Source: an uncultured Aequorivita sp.
GTDB taxonomy: Bacteria > Bacteroidota > Bacteroidia > Flavobacteriales > Flavobacteriaceae
DNA length: 64,000 nucleotides
Assembly: GCA_964431895.1 (NCBI GenBank)
Contig: CAYSLM010000001.1
Span: 792-64,791 of the forward strand
Reading direction: 5' to 3'
The position numbers and the translations under genes are program-made. Below, piece by piece: positions 18,391 through 27,807 of the stretch. Positions within the stretch are counted from its first letter, which is position 1. Each line of letters starts with the position of its first letter. Under the pieces are notes generated by a model. The model saw nothing but the letters and a program-made list of their open reading frames with translations. It did no database searches and was not told where the DNA came from.

Positions 18391-18438
18391 ATTTTTAACC
18401 ATAAAATACACATTTATAGTATTTTAAGTGTTAAAAAT
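18391..18438. promoter_or_regulatory. Long imperfect inverted repeat (candidate operator)
   Basis: atttttaac-ca-taaaatac / 9 nt / gtatttta-agt-gttaaaaat. Confidence 0.5.
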
Positions 18439-18520
18439 CCGATTTGAATTCCTACAAAATATTTTATCGCTAATTCCATCTGTTCAATCACAATCCCTCG
18501 CCTTTCCCGTAGATATAATT

Positions 18521-18528
18521 TACCTTTG
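18521..18528 (+). promoter_or_regulatory. -7 element TACCTTTG 5 nt before the ATG (near-leaderless)
   Basis: TAnnTTTG, then caacc, then ATG 18534. Confidence 0.55.
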
Positions 18529-18533
18529 CAACC

Positions 18534-19457
18534 ATGGATTTCCTTCAGTCAAATTTTGCGGTAAAATCGCAGACCATAGAGCTGCAAAGCTTTGGCATAA
18601 AAGGTTATAGCTTAAATTTACAGTGTGATTACCTGATACATCCTGTGGTTTCCGGGAATAAATTCAGAAAAACAAAATACAATCTTCGGGAAGCCACCAA
18701 ACAGCAGCACCACACAATTCTTACATTTGGCGGTGCCTATTCCAACCATATTTCGGCAGTGGCTGCGGCAGGTTTGGAAACTGGTTTCCAAACCATTGGC
18801 GTTATTCGGGGGGAAGAAATCGCCTCAAAGGCTGGTAGCAATCCCACCCTATCCTTCGCCCGTAAATGCGGTATGCAGTTGCATTTTATTTCGCGCGAGC
18901 TTTATCGGCAAAAGGACCAAGTGGAGTTTCTGGACAACCTCCGTTCAAAATTTGGAAGGTTCTACCTTTTGCCCGAAGGGGGCACCAATGAGCTCGCTGT
19001 CAAGGGGTGTGAGGAAATCCTGGGTTCATCCACCACCCAGTATGATGTGCTTTGCGTTCCCGTGGGTACGGGCGGCACCATGGCCGGAATGGTAAGGGCA
19101 TCAACAGACCAACAGACGGTTTTGGGTTTTTCTGCCTTAAAAGGCACCTTCCAAAACTCAGTGATCGAAAAATATACAGCCCGAACCAATTACCGGATTA
19201 TCGATAAATACTCTTTTGGTGGATATGGCAAAATAGATATTGATTTAATACGTTTTATTAATGCATTTAAGCAAAAAACCGGAATACCCCTTGATCCCGT
19301 CTATACCGGAAAAATGATGTACGGCCTCATGGAGATGATGAAAAATGGGGATTTGAAGGAAAATAGCCGTATTTTTGCGGTCCATACGGGAGGACTGCAG
19401 GGCATAGCCGGCATGAACCGTATTTTGGAAAAGAAAAACCTACCCATAATTGAATAA
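18534..19457 (+). CDS. ACC deaminase/D-cysteine desulfhydrase family PLP enzyme
   Basis: SGNKFRK, TFGGAYSNH, LPEGG, GTGGT, LDPVYTGK, HTGGLQG. Confidence 0.9.
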   Translation: MDFLQSNFAVKSQTIELQSFGIKGYSLNLQCDYLIHPVVSGNKFRKTKYNLREATKQQHHTILTFGGAYSNHISAVAAAGLETGFQTIGVIRGEEIASKAGSNPTLSFARKCGMQLHFISRELYRQKDQVEFLDNLRSKFGRFYLLPEGGTNELAVKGCEEILGSSTTQYDVLCVPVGTGGTMAGMVRASTDQQTVLGFSALKGTFQNSVIEKYTARTNYRIIDKYSFGGYGKIDIDLIRFINAFKQKTGIPLDPVYTGKMMYGLMEMMKNGDLKENSRIFAVHTGGLQGIAGMNRILEKKNLPIIE

Positions 19458-19458
19458 A

Positions 19459-20283
19459 ATGATTGGCAGAATAGTTACGCTTCTTCTTATCTGCACCGTA
19501 TGCCTTACCGGTTGCAAATCAAAAAAGAGTACCGTTAAATACCATAAAAAACACCGAAGTGAACGCGTGGTAAAGGTACATCCGGAAGTAAGGGAAAAAG
19601 ACACCCGGGCCGAGACCCCAGAGGTACTCGAAGTGCCTGTAAACGTAACTTATAGCGAGCGCGTAAACAACTATATAAAAGAGTACGCCGCCATCTCACA
19701 GGAAGAGATGGTACAATATGGCATTCCAGCGAGCATTACCCTGGCACAGGGTATTCTGGAAAGCGGGGCTGGTGCGGGCGAGCTTACAAAAAAGGCCAAT
19801 AACCATTTCGGTATAAAATGCCACAGAGGTTGGCAGGGCGAAAGCGTCTATCACGATGATGATGAGCGGGGCGAATGTTTCAGAAAGTATACTGACCCGA
19901 AGTATTCCTATAGAGACCATTCCCTTTTTCTTACCCAGCGCAGCCGGTATGCCGATCTTTTCAAGCTTCGGAAGGACGATTATAAGGGATGGGCCAAAGG
20001 ACTTCGGAAGGCAGGCTATGCCACAGACCCCAAATATCCCGACAAACTGATAAGCATTATAGAAAGGTACCAATTGCACAGATATGATGAAGAAGTATTG
20101 GGGAAACCAAGAAGCGAAGTAGGCGCCATAAAAACCTATTCGGTGCAGGCTGGCGACACGCTCTACAGTATTTCGCGCCGTTTCAATCTCACGGTGGAAA
20201 CGCTCAAATCCTACAATGGTCTTCAGGACAACATCATTTCAGTGGGCCAGGTGCTTTATCTGCATCCCATAGATCCACGATAG
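19459..20283 (+). CDS. Glucosaminidase (GH73) lipoprotein with LysM
   Basis: Lipobox LTGC; AQGILESG, NNHFGIKC, GYATDPKY; C-terminal LysM YSVQAGDTLYSIS. Confidence 0.93.
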   Translation: MIGRIVTLLLICTVCLTGCKSKKSTVKYHKKHRSERVVKVHPEVREKDTRAETPEVLEVPVNVTYSERVNNYIKEYAAISQEEMVQYGIPASITLAQGILESGAGAGELTKKANNHFGIKCHRGWQGESVYHDDDERGECFRKYTDPKYSYRDHSLFLTQRSRYADLFKLRKDDYKGWAKGLRKAGYATDPKYPDKLISIIERYQLHRYDEEVLGKPRSEVGAIKTYSVQAGDTLYSISRRFNLTVETLKSYNGLQDNIISVGQVLYLHPIDPR

Positions 20284-20335
20284 GATGTGGCCATAGTTTC
20301 CTTTTAAAAAATCTACAATAAAATTTTTGAACAGC

Positions 20336-21625
20336 ATGAAATATCAAAGAAGCAGTGCCCTATTTAAGGAGGCCCAAGAGGTGCTTCCCGGAGGGGTAAA
20401 CTCACCCGTGCGCGCCTTCAATGCGGTGGGCGGGACACCAATATTCGTTGAACGCGCCCAAGGCGCCTATCTTTATGACGTTGACGGTAACAAACTCATA
20501 GATTATATAAACTCCTGGGGGCCCATGATCCTGGGCCATGCCCATGCGCCCGTTGTAAGTGCCATTGTCGACAAAGCCAAAAAAGGAACCTCTTTCGGAA
20601 TGCCCACCGAAATAGAGACCGAAATAGCCTCGCTGGCCGTTTCCATGGTTCCAAATATTGACAAAATACGCTTTGTAAACAGCGGAACCGAGGCCTGTAT
20701 GAGTGCGGTGCGGCTGGCCAGGGGTTTTACCGGCAAGGACAAGATTATCAAATTTGCAGGCTGCTACCACGGGCATAGCGACTCTTTTCTCATCGCCGCC
20801 GGCAGTGGGGCCATTACTTTTGGCAGCCCCAACAGCCCGGGCGTGACCCAAGGAACTGCAAAAGATACCCTACTCGCCACTTACAATGACCTAAAAAATG
20901 TGGAAGAAGTCATCGAGGCCAACAAAAACGAAATTGCCTGCATCATCCTGGAACCTGTTGCGGGCAATATGGGATGCATTCCCCCAGCAGACGGATTTTT
21001 ACAGGGCCTTCGGAAACTTTGCGACCAAAACGGCATCCTCTTGATTTTTGATGAGGTCATGACCGGCTTTCGGCTGGCAGTTGGGGGAGCACAGGAATTG
21101 TTTGGGGTAAGGGCAGATATCGTAACCTTCGGCAAGGTTATAGGTGGCGGCCTGCCCGTGGGAGCTTTTGCGGCACGCCAGGAAATTATGGACCATCTGG
21201 CACCAACAGGCCCTGTTTACCAAGCCGGTACACTGAGTGGCAACCCTTTGGCCATGGCCGCAGGTTTGGCCATGCTTAAAGAATTGGACAAAAACCGAAA
21301 TGTATTTGAATCCATTAACCAAAAGACGGAATATCTCCATAATGGTCTGCAGAAAGCCCTCGCTTCGGAAGGAATCAAGTTTACAATCAATCGAGTGGGC
21401 TCGATGATTTCTGTACATTTCTCTGAAAAACCCGTGACCAATTTTGCCTCGGCCGCCGAAGCCAACAACGAGAATTTTAAAAATTTCTTCCACGGTATGT
21501 TGGAAGAAGGTGTTTATATTGCTCCAAGTGCCTTTGAAACCTGGTTTTTGTGCGATGCCTTAAGCCAGGAAGATCTTGACGCCACCATTAAAGCTGCCGG
21601 AAAAGTGGCCAAAAACCTCAACTAA
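20336..21625 (+). CDS. hemL: Glutamate-1-semialdehyde 2,1-aminomutase
   Basis: [51 protein letters not shown]. Confidence 0.97.
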   Translation: MKYQRSSALFKEAQEVLPGGVNSPVRAFNAVGGTPIFVERAQGAYLYDVDGNKLIDYINSWGPMILGHAHAPVVSAIVDKAKKGTSFGMPTEIETEIASLAVSMVPNIDKIRFVNSGTEACMSAVRLARGFTGKDKIIKFAGCYHGHSDSFLIAAGSGAITFGSPNSPGVTQGTAKDTLLATYNDLKNVEEVIEANKNEIACIILEPVAGNMGCIPPADGFLQGLRKLCDQNGILLIFDEVMTGFRLAVGGAQELFGVRADIVTFGKVIGGGLPVGAFAARQEIMDHLAPTGPVYQAGTLSGNPLAMAAGLAMLKELDKNRNVFESINQKTEYLHNGLQKALASEGIKFTINRVGSMISVHFSEKPVTNFASAAEANNENFKNFFHGMLEEGVYIAPSAFETWFLCDALSQEDLDATIKAAGKVAKNLN

Positions 21626-21676
21626 GGTTAGACAATTTTTAATCCCAACGAAGCCTGGCTTCCGCTTATGAAAAAC

Positions 21677-21713
21677 AAAAAAACCCTTCCGAATCTTCGG
21701 AAGGGTTTTCTTT
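21677..21713. terminator. Bidirectional intrinsic terminator
   Basis: aaaaaaacccttccgaa-tc-ttcggaagggttttcttt. Confidence 0.9.
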
Positions 21714-21736
21714 ATTCAACAATTCATTTTTAATCA

Positions 21737-22084
21737 CTAATCGTTGGCCTTTAACCATTCGGCATATTGGCTATCGTCAAGTATTTTCTTCATGGATTCC
21801 CTTAACTGGTTATCCAGTTTTTCCTTTTCGGCTACCACGGCCGCGCTATTGGCGTCCTTGCCTTCTACGTTTTTCTGATAGCCCACTTCTTTTGCCACAA
21901 GTGCCCGGAATACTGCACGGCTTTGGTCCCCGCTCAAACCGAGGGTTTCGGTCAATTGGGCAGTTTCTGTTTTGGCAATTACTTCCGGCCGGTTCTTATC
22001 TTGAGACAAGTGTTGTGCCTCGCTGGTTTGTAGGCCCAAAAAGAAGGTGGCCACAAATGCAAATACTGTTAGTAGGTTTTTCAT
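21737..22084 (-). CDS. Small secreted helical protein (Spy/LTxxQ-like)
   Basis: Signal peptide; LGLSGDQ and ILDDSQYAEW repeats; start moved to ATG 22084. Confidence 0.7.
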   Translation of the reverse strand: MKNLLTVFAFVATFFLGLQTSEAQHLSQDKNRPEVIAKTETAQLTETLGLSGDQSRAVFRALVAKEVGYQKNVEGKDANSAAVVAEKEKLDNQLRESMKKILDDSQYAEWLKAND

Positions 22085-22235
22085 TGTTTTACGTTTTATT
22101 TTTTTTAAGGTTACTAATGTAACCATTTTAGCCATAATTAAAACAATAACCGAACCAAAAACATGCCATCATCCCAAATTTTGATGGTGCAGCCCATTTT
22201 CAAATCATCATTGAAACCATTTTATGGCTTTCGAC

Positions 22236-22279
22236 AAAAGCGGAAGTTCAGGATTTTCTTACTTGCTGAACCTTCCCGT
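22236..22279 (-). terminator. Possible terminator of the pigment operon
   Basis: Imperfect stem cggaagttcag...ctgaaccttcccg next to aaaag. Confidence 0.35.
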
Positions 22280-22340
22280 TTCATTTTACACCCATTAACT
22301 TTAGAAGGAGCGACGTGGTTAAAGCCGGCTGCCAACATTC

Positions 22341-23630
22341 CTATTTTCGATGGTCTATCAGGCTAAGGGGTTTTCGGCTCATAGCGGGAAAACGGAGCGC
22401 GTTTATCGCTTCCGAAGGTGCAAATTCAATCCTGGGGGCCACCCGCAGCTTGGCGCGGAAATGGTCTTTTATGTCCAGCAACAATTCTTCTGAAACGGTT
22501 GGAGAAGCAATTTTTATCAAAATCTCATCAGTGCCCAACTCATTGTGGAAGATCTCGATCACATAGCTTTCCACTTCGGCAAAATCATTCAGAATATTGT
22601 ACATCGCCGGCGGATAGAGTGTGGTACCCTTGTATTTAATCATCTGCTTTTTACGGCCCACCACCGGCCCCAAACGCAGGGTATTTCGGCCACATTTACA
22701 CGGCTTCTGGTAGGCTTGCACCATATCGCCCGTTTTAAAACGCAGCAACGGCATGGCCTCAACGCCCAAAGTGGTGATGGTCAGCTCGCCCACCTCGCCT
22801 TCAGAAACCGGCAAATTATTGTCATCCAGAATTTCGGCAATGATAAGCTCGGGGTGATGGTGGCCGCCATTGTGCATTTCGCATTCGTTGAAGGCCGTGC
22901 TCATCTCGGTAGAAGCATAGGTAGAAAACAGCCCGATATCCCAATCCTTTTTTATTTTTTGCGACAGCACGTTCAGCGAAAAATCCTGCTCGCGGATGGG
23001 CTCGCCAATACAGATGGCGGCCTTGACACCGGTGCTTTTTAAATCGATCTGTTGCTGCTTGGCATACTCAATCAATTTTAAAAGGAAGGAGGGCACGGTA
23101 ATCAAATAGGTGGGATTGAATTTTTTGATGGAATCCCATTGCAGCTCGGGGATGCCGGAGCCAACACGGATGATACCGGCCCCCAATTTCCGCGCGCCCA
23201 AAAAATAGGCCAGCCCCGCCATAAACCGACGGTCCATAGTGGTCATCAACTGTAAGGTGTCATTTTTTGAAACCCCACAGCAGGCAAAGGAAATGGCTTC
23301 ATTATAGGCCAACCTTTCCAGATCCTTATCGGTCAAAGCAAAAGTTACGGGATCGCCCAAAGTACCCGAAGTGGTGACGTAATCAATGAGCTGCGTTTTG
23401 GGTACGCAGAGAAATTCGTCATTAAACCGCTGCAGATGGTCCTTGGTGGTAAGGGGCAGTTTCCCGAGGTCTTCCAAGGTTTGGATTTCTGAAATGTCTA
23501 TATCGTTGGCGGCCAGAAAGCGGTTGTAAAAAGGAGAATTTTCGTTTACATAACGCAAGGTTTCCTTTAGTTTTTCCTCTTGAAAGGTTTTGATTTGGAC
23601 AGGGGATGCTTTTTCTATTTCTGGGATCAT
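22341..23630 (-). CDS. Phenylacetate-CoA-ligase-family enzyme (likely 4-coumarate-CoA ligase)
   Basis: TTSGTLGDP, YASTE, LLRFKTGD; cluster context with TAL; start moved to ATG 23630. Confidence 0.88.
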   Translation of the reverse strand: MIPEIEKASPVQIKTFQEEKLKETLRYVNENSPFYNRFLAANDIDISEIQTLEDLGKLPLTTKDHLQRFNDEFLCVPKTQLIDYVTTSGTLGDPVTFALTDKDLERLAYNEAISFACCGVSKNDTLQLMTTMDRRFMAGLAYFLGARKLGAGIIRVGSGIPELQWDSIKKFNPTYLITVPSFLLKLIEYAKQQQIDLKSTGVKAAICIGEPIREQDFSLNVLSQKIKKDWDIGLFSTYASTEMSTAFNECEMHNGGHHHPELIIAEILDDNNLPVSEGEVGELTITTLGVEAMPLLRFKTGDMVQAYQKPCKCGRNTLRLGPVVGRKKQMIKYKGTTLYPPAMYNILNDFAEVESYVIEIFHNELGTDEILIKIASPTVSEELLLDIKDHFRAKLRVAPRIEFAPSEAINALRFPAMSRKPLSLIDHRK

Positions 23631-23640
23631 TTCGGGTTTT

Positions 23641-23700
23641 TCTTTGTCCCTCCTCGCCTTTTGGTGTAAAGTTAACCACAGAGACACAGGGGACACAGGG
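23641..23700. repeat. 9-bp periodic REP-like remnant (ttaaccacagag..cacagg)
   Basis: ttaaccacagag acacaggg gacacaggg; sister copy at 32720. Confidence 0.55.
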
Positions 23701-25365
23701 TTAGTTTTTCAATTTTTGAATATAGTTTTCAATCCGCTCTCTATCCGGAACGGTGGTAATCTCCTTGGTCAAGGCCTTTTCAAAAGCAATTTTCGCGGCG
23801 GCATCAAAATTCTTTTCAAAGTAATACTTTCCGGTTAAATAATACGCTTTCCAGTATTCAGGATTCAGCCGTTTTAATTCCGCAAGTTTTTGAGGAGGAA
23901 TGGCCGCTTCATCTTCAATGGCCGCTTCCACTTCCCGTTCCAACACGCGGTATTTTTCGTAATCTTTATACGCCTGGCTATGAACGAATGGATCTTGGGG
24001 AATATTTTTATTTGAACGGGAAAGGGTTTGCGTGGCCGGATTTCCTTCGCGGTTTTTAAAAACGTCATCGAGATCGTACATAACAAATTCGCCCAGTTGG
24101 TAGGGATTTGATGAAACCCAAACTTCCTTGCTTTCAGGCTTAAAAACAATGCCGTGATGAGCCAGCAGTTGGTTGAGGGCCTTTTCATTTCCGAAACCGA
24201 TTGACTTGTTGGCCAATCCTTTTTTGTTCCGAAGAATGGCCACGGCATCATCCACATCTATTTTGTTTTCTTCGGAAATAAGCTCCTCCATTCGCCGGAA
24301 ACGGTACATTGAATGGCTTTCTTCAATCCATTGTATATTCCGTTCATCATGCTTATAGGCATCGCTCTGGAAGTGGTTGCTGCAGATAAGTTCATCTGCC
24401 GTGTTGGGAACTTCATAAACGCCAAAGTTATCTGGCGACACCTCGATAAGCACCGCCTTTTTATCGGTTGCGCTACCCACGAAAATGGCTTCGGAAACGA
24501 AAACCTGTCGCTTTTTGGCAATGGCTATTGCTTCGTCAATAGTGGAAGCATATTGCAAAATCTCACGCGTTACGATGGAAATGGGCGTTTTGGCCACCAA
24601 GGGAATTTCCGATTTTCCAGCGTTGATGGTAACCGTAAGCCCTTGGTCGTTCATCCCCGACACCACGCCAATCATTCCGCCCCAGGTAACCGACATAAAT
24701 TTGTGGCCTTTGGTAGGATTGACAAAGGCTGTTATTTTTTCCTTGGCAAAGGCGTCGCCCGCATAAAAGTCGAAATTCCTGCCAATCAGCAATTCGCCAT
24801 CTACCGTTTTATTTCCCCAAACGGCAAAAGAGGAGCAGCCCACCAGCATCAAATCCTGCAGGGCGTGGCCAATGTCATGGGCGCCGTGCAGATAGAGCAG
24901 CCGGAGGTAGGGCTCGCCGATCTCGCTAAAATTGGATGAGGCGTACTGCGAAAGGCCAAAGATTTCGGTTTTATATTCCTGGGGAATGTATTGGTACATT
25001 TTGCGGTTGTACCACGCCAAAAACTTACGAAGAAGGTACTGTTGAAATTTTGACGGTACGATTTGCTCAACTTTATTAAAGAAGATAGCCTCCTGCTTTT
25101 GCATCAATTCCTGGGTAAGCAGGCCCGTGATTTTTCCTATCTGCAGTGGATTGCCTTCTACATAAAGTTCCCATTGGCCCTGTTTGTTTTTAAGCAGAAA
25201 ATTATCGCCGGCGATAAAGGTGGAATCGTTGACCTTGACTTTTTGGGGAACGGAAGCGTTGTAGCCACTTACATCAGGCCTATCGTGGAGCGACTTTGAA
25301 ACACCGCAAGAGACCAAAAAAACAGTCAGCAGGGATATGGTTATAATTCTTCCCAAATACTTCAT
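23701..25365 (-). CDS. C45-family Ntn acyltransferase/peptidase lipoprotein
   Basis: Lipobox LVSC; nucleophile G-CSSF, GRNFDF, SGMN, SNHF; TPR-like C-terminus. Confidence 0.88.
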   Translation of the reverse strand: MKYLGRIITISLLTVFLVSCGVSKSLHDRPDVSGYNASVPQKVKVNDSTFIAGDNFLLKNKQGQWELYVEGNPLQIGKITGLLTQELMQKQEAIFFNKVEQIVPSKFQQYLLRKFLAWYNRKMYQYIPQEYKTEIFGLSQYASSNFSEIGEPYLRLLYLHGAHDIGHALQDLMLVGCSSFAVWGNKTVDGELLIGRNFDFYAGDAFAKEKITAFVNPTKGHKFMSVTWGGMIGVVSGMNDQGLTVTINAGKSEIPLVAKTPISIVTREILQYASTIDEAIAIAKKRQVFVSEAIFVGSATDKKAVLIEVSPDNFGVYEVPNTADELICSNHFQSDAYKHDERNIQWIEESHSMYRFRRMEELISEENKIDVDDAVAILRNKKGLANKSIGFGNEKALNQLLAHHGIVFKPESKEVWVSSNPYQLGEFVMYDLDDVFKNREGNPATQTLSRSNKNIPQDPFVHSQAYKDYEKYRVLEREVEAAIEDEAAIPPQKLAELKRLNPEYWKAYYLTGKYYFEKNFDAAAKIAFEKALTKEITTVPDRERIENYIQKLKN

Positions 25366-26252
25366 CTACTCATTTTTTCTTTTAATCTGGCAGCGCGCCT
25401 GTTGGTTTTCTGAAGGGTTCGGTTTTCCTTATAATCTATCCATTTCTGACCGAAGGATTTCCGCATGAAATTTTCAAAATGGCGCATAAAGAACACGTTG
25501 TAGAGCATGTTGGAAAAGCGGCCGGGATGCCGCGGAAAGGCGCGGAGGGTCATGGAAAATCCACCGTCAAGATATTTTATGAAATGCCAATAGCCGCTGG
25601 GCATATAGAGCGCATCGCCGTGTTTCATGGTGGCGTGCAGGCCTTGCAAATATTGCAGGGCGGGATATTTTTCAAAATCGGGATGGTCTAGGTCTATGCT
25701 TTCCAGATTGTGTACGGCAAAGGGTATTTTATACAAATATTTTGTTTGCTTTGGCGAAAATAGGGTCACGCTTTTGGTACCGTGGAAGTGAAAATGCAAC
25801 AGGTCTGCTAAATCCATATCGTAGTGCGGTAGCACCTTGGAACCTTCACCACCAAAAAAAAGCACGGGCAGGCGTTTAAAGAATTTTAGGCCGATGTCCG
25901 GATATTCGAAATCTTTGAGCAGCTCGGGCAGTTTCATCTTTAGGTCGTAGAAAAAAATGCGCAGATCGGTGGGCTGTGATTTAATGATTTCAATATAATC
26001 GGCCATTTTCATTTCGGTGGCCGGTACGGCGGAATTCTGCTTGCCCTTGGTGGGCCTGCTGTCATAAAGGGGAACTACTTGGTCTGCGGCACATTGCTGA
26101 ATATAATCAAGGTTCCACTTTTTGTAGGCCTTCCAGTTTTTGGCAAGGCCTTCAATCAAAACAGGTTTTTGGGGCTTGAAATAATTCTTGACGAAATCTT
26201 TTTTTGAAATATTCCTTACCCTTTCAATCGGCGCTGTACTTATTTGTCCCAT
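25362..26252 (-). CDS. JmjC/cupin-like Fe(II)/2-oxoglutarate oxygenase
   Basis: FFGG..S..LPHYD (HxD), K in GTKSV, YMPSGYWH (distal His). Confidence 0.85.
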   Translation of the reverse strand: MGQISTAPIERVRNISKKDFVKNYFKPQKPVLIEGLAKNWKAYKKWNLDYIQQCAADQVVPLYDSRPTKGKQNSAVPATEMKMADYIEIIKSQPTDLRIFFYDLKMKLPELLKDFEYPDIGLKFFKRLPVLFFGGEGSKVLPHYDMDLADLLHFHFHGTKSVTLFSPKQTKYLYKIPFAVHNLESIDLDHPDFEKYPALQYLQGLHATMKHGDALYMPSGYWHFIKYLDGGFSMTLRAFPRHPGRFSNMLYNVFFMRHFENFMRKSFGQKWIDYKENRTLQKTNRRAARLKEKMSR

Positions 26253-26266
26253 ATTCCGAAAAAAAT

Positions 26267-27805
26267 TTAAGTTACCTCTTCCTTTTGGGTAGCTTCCAAA
26301 ATCTTGTTGAGCAAATACTCTCCGCCCAGAATCTCGGAACAGGTCACCACGCCACTGATGGTAACGCCCAAAATACCGTGCATATTGAGGCTCTGGCCCG
26401 TGAAATAAAGATTTTTTATGCGCGTGCGGGGAGAGATAAATGATTTGAGCGGATTGCCGGCATCTTTCACAAAACCGTACATGGCCCCGCGGTTACAGCC
26501 TATATAATCCCGGTAGGAAAGCGGAGTGGAAGCATATACGGCCTCAATGCAATCGCGGATGTGGGGGAATTTCTTTTCGAGTTCCCTGATGATAATTTCA
26601 GATTTTTCTGCTTTGAATTCCTCATAGCTCTGTCCGCGGTCGTTTTTATTGGCCGCGGTATTGAAGGTGTTGGCCCAAGCGGCCACCTCATCAAAATGCA
26701 TATAGGTCATGACCGTCAGATTATCGGCATAGCCATTGGTTTTCTGGTTGATGCCCATAGAGACCATATAAGATTCTGGCCAACTTTCCGGCGAGTAGTT
26801 TTGGGCATTCCAAACGGCATCGTAATCCTTGAAATGGTAATAGTTATAGTTTAGGTACTTAAAACAATCGGGCTTAAGCACTAAATACAAACTAAAAGCG
26901 GCAATGGTACTTTCAATATTCTCAATGCGCTGGCTATATGATTTTCTGAAATGTTCCTGCCCAACCAGCGGCAAGGTCATCTTAGGATCGATGTTTGAAA
27001 TAAAAATATCGCCCTTTATCGTTTTTCCGTTGGCGGTTTTTACGGCGGTCACCCTACCGTTTTCGGTTTCAAATTTGGTCACCTCGTGACGTTTATGGGC
27101 CTTGCCTCCCAAGGCCCTAAATCGGGAAAGTAGGGCTTTGGTAATCTGGCTGCCCCCATTGATGCAACGGTAGGCACTCTCTATGTAGGAGTTTACCGAA
27201 AGGGCGTGCATATAAAATGGAGTACGGTCGCCATCGCCGGCATAGAGCAGGTTGCTGCCGCTCAAAACAGCCCTCAGCCTTTTGTTGGGGGTGATGGAAT
27301 TTAGCACATCGGTGACCCTTACTTCAAAAAGGGAGGTATTCTCATAATAGGGTTTTCCCTGTTTCAGGCCATAGAGTGGAAAAAGCTCACAGGTTTCCTT
27401 CATTTTTTTAATGTAGGCGTCTATTGCCTTCTCTTCCTCGGGAAACTCCTTTAAGATATTGGCCTTAAACCTTTCATAACCTTGGGCATGGCGGTATTCG
27501 TTCGGGTCGCCCTCAAAGGTTATCACGTCAAAGCCTTCCTCATCCATCTTCTTTAGCGGAATATCGTCAAGCACCCCCAGGTATTTAAAATATCGATATA
27601 GGTTTTGCCCTTCCGATAGCCCGCCTATATAGTGCACCCCGGTATCAAAAATGGTTTTGTTCCGCACAAAAGTCTGCAGGTTGCCGCCAAACTGCTGGTT
27701 TTTTTCCAGTACGCACACCCTATGGCCTTCCTTGGCAAGGATGATGGCACAGACCAGCCCGCCCAGGCCGCTACCCACAATTACCACATCATAGTTTTCA
27801 ATCAT
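26267..27805 (-). CDS. FAD-dependent oxidoreductase (phytoene desaturase/retinol saturase-like)
   Basis: VVIVGSGLGGL, FDTGVHYIGG, NLYFTGQ..HGILGV. Confidence 0.9.
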   Translation of the reverse strand: MIENYDVVIVGSGLGGLVCAIILAKEGHRVCVLEKNQQFGGNLQTFVRNKTIFDTGVHYIGGLSEGQNLYRYFKYLGVLDDIPLKKMDEEGFDVITFEGDPNEYRHAQGYERFKANILKEFPEEEKAIDAYIKKMKETCELFPLYGLKQGKPYYENTSLFEVRVTDVLNSITPNKRLRAVLSGSNLLYAGDGDRTPFYMHALSVNSYIESAYRCINGGSQITKALLSRFRALGGKAHKRHEVTKFETENGRVTAVKTANGKTIKGDIFISNIDPKMTLPLVGQEHFRKSYSQRIENIESTIAAFSLYLVLKPDCFKYLNYNYYHFKDYDAVWNAQNYSPESWPESYMVSMGINQKTNGYADNLTVMTYMHFDEVAAWANTFNTAANKNDRGQSYEEFKAEKSEIIIRELEKKFPHIRDCIEAVYASTPLSYRDYIGCNRGAMYGFVKDAGNPLKSFISPRTRIKNLYFTGQSLNMHGILGVTISGVVTCSEILGGEYLLNKILEATQKEEVT

Positions 27806-27807
27806 CG

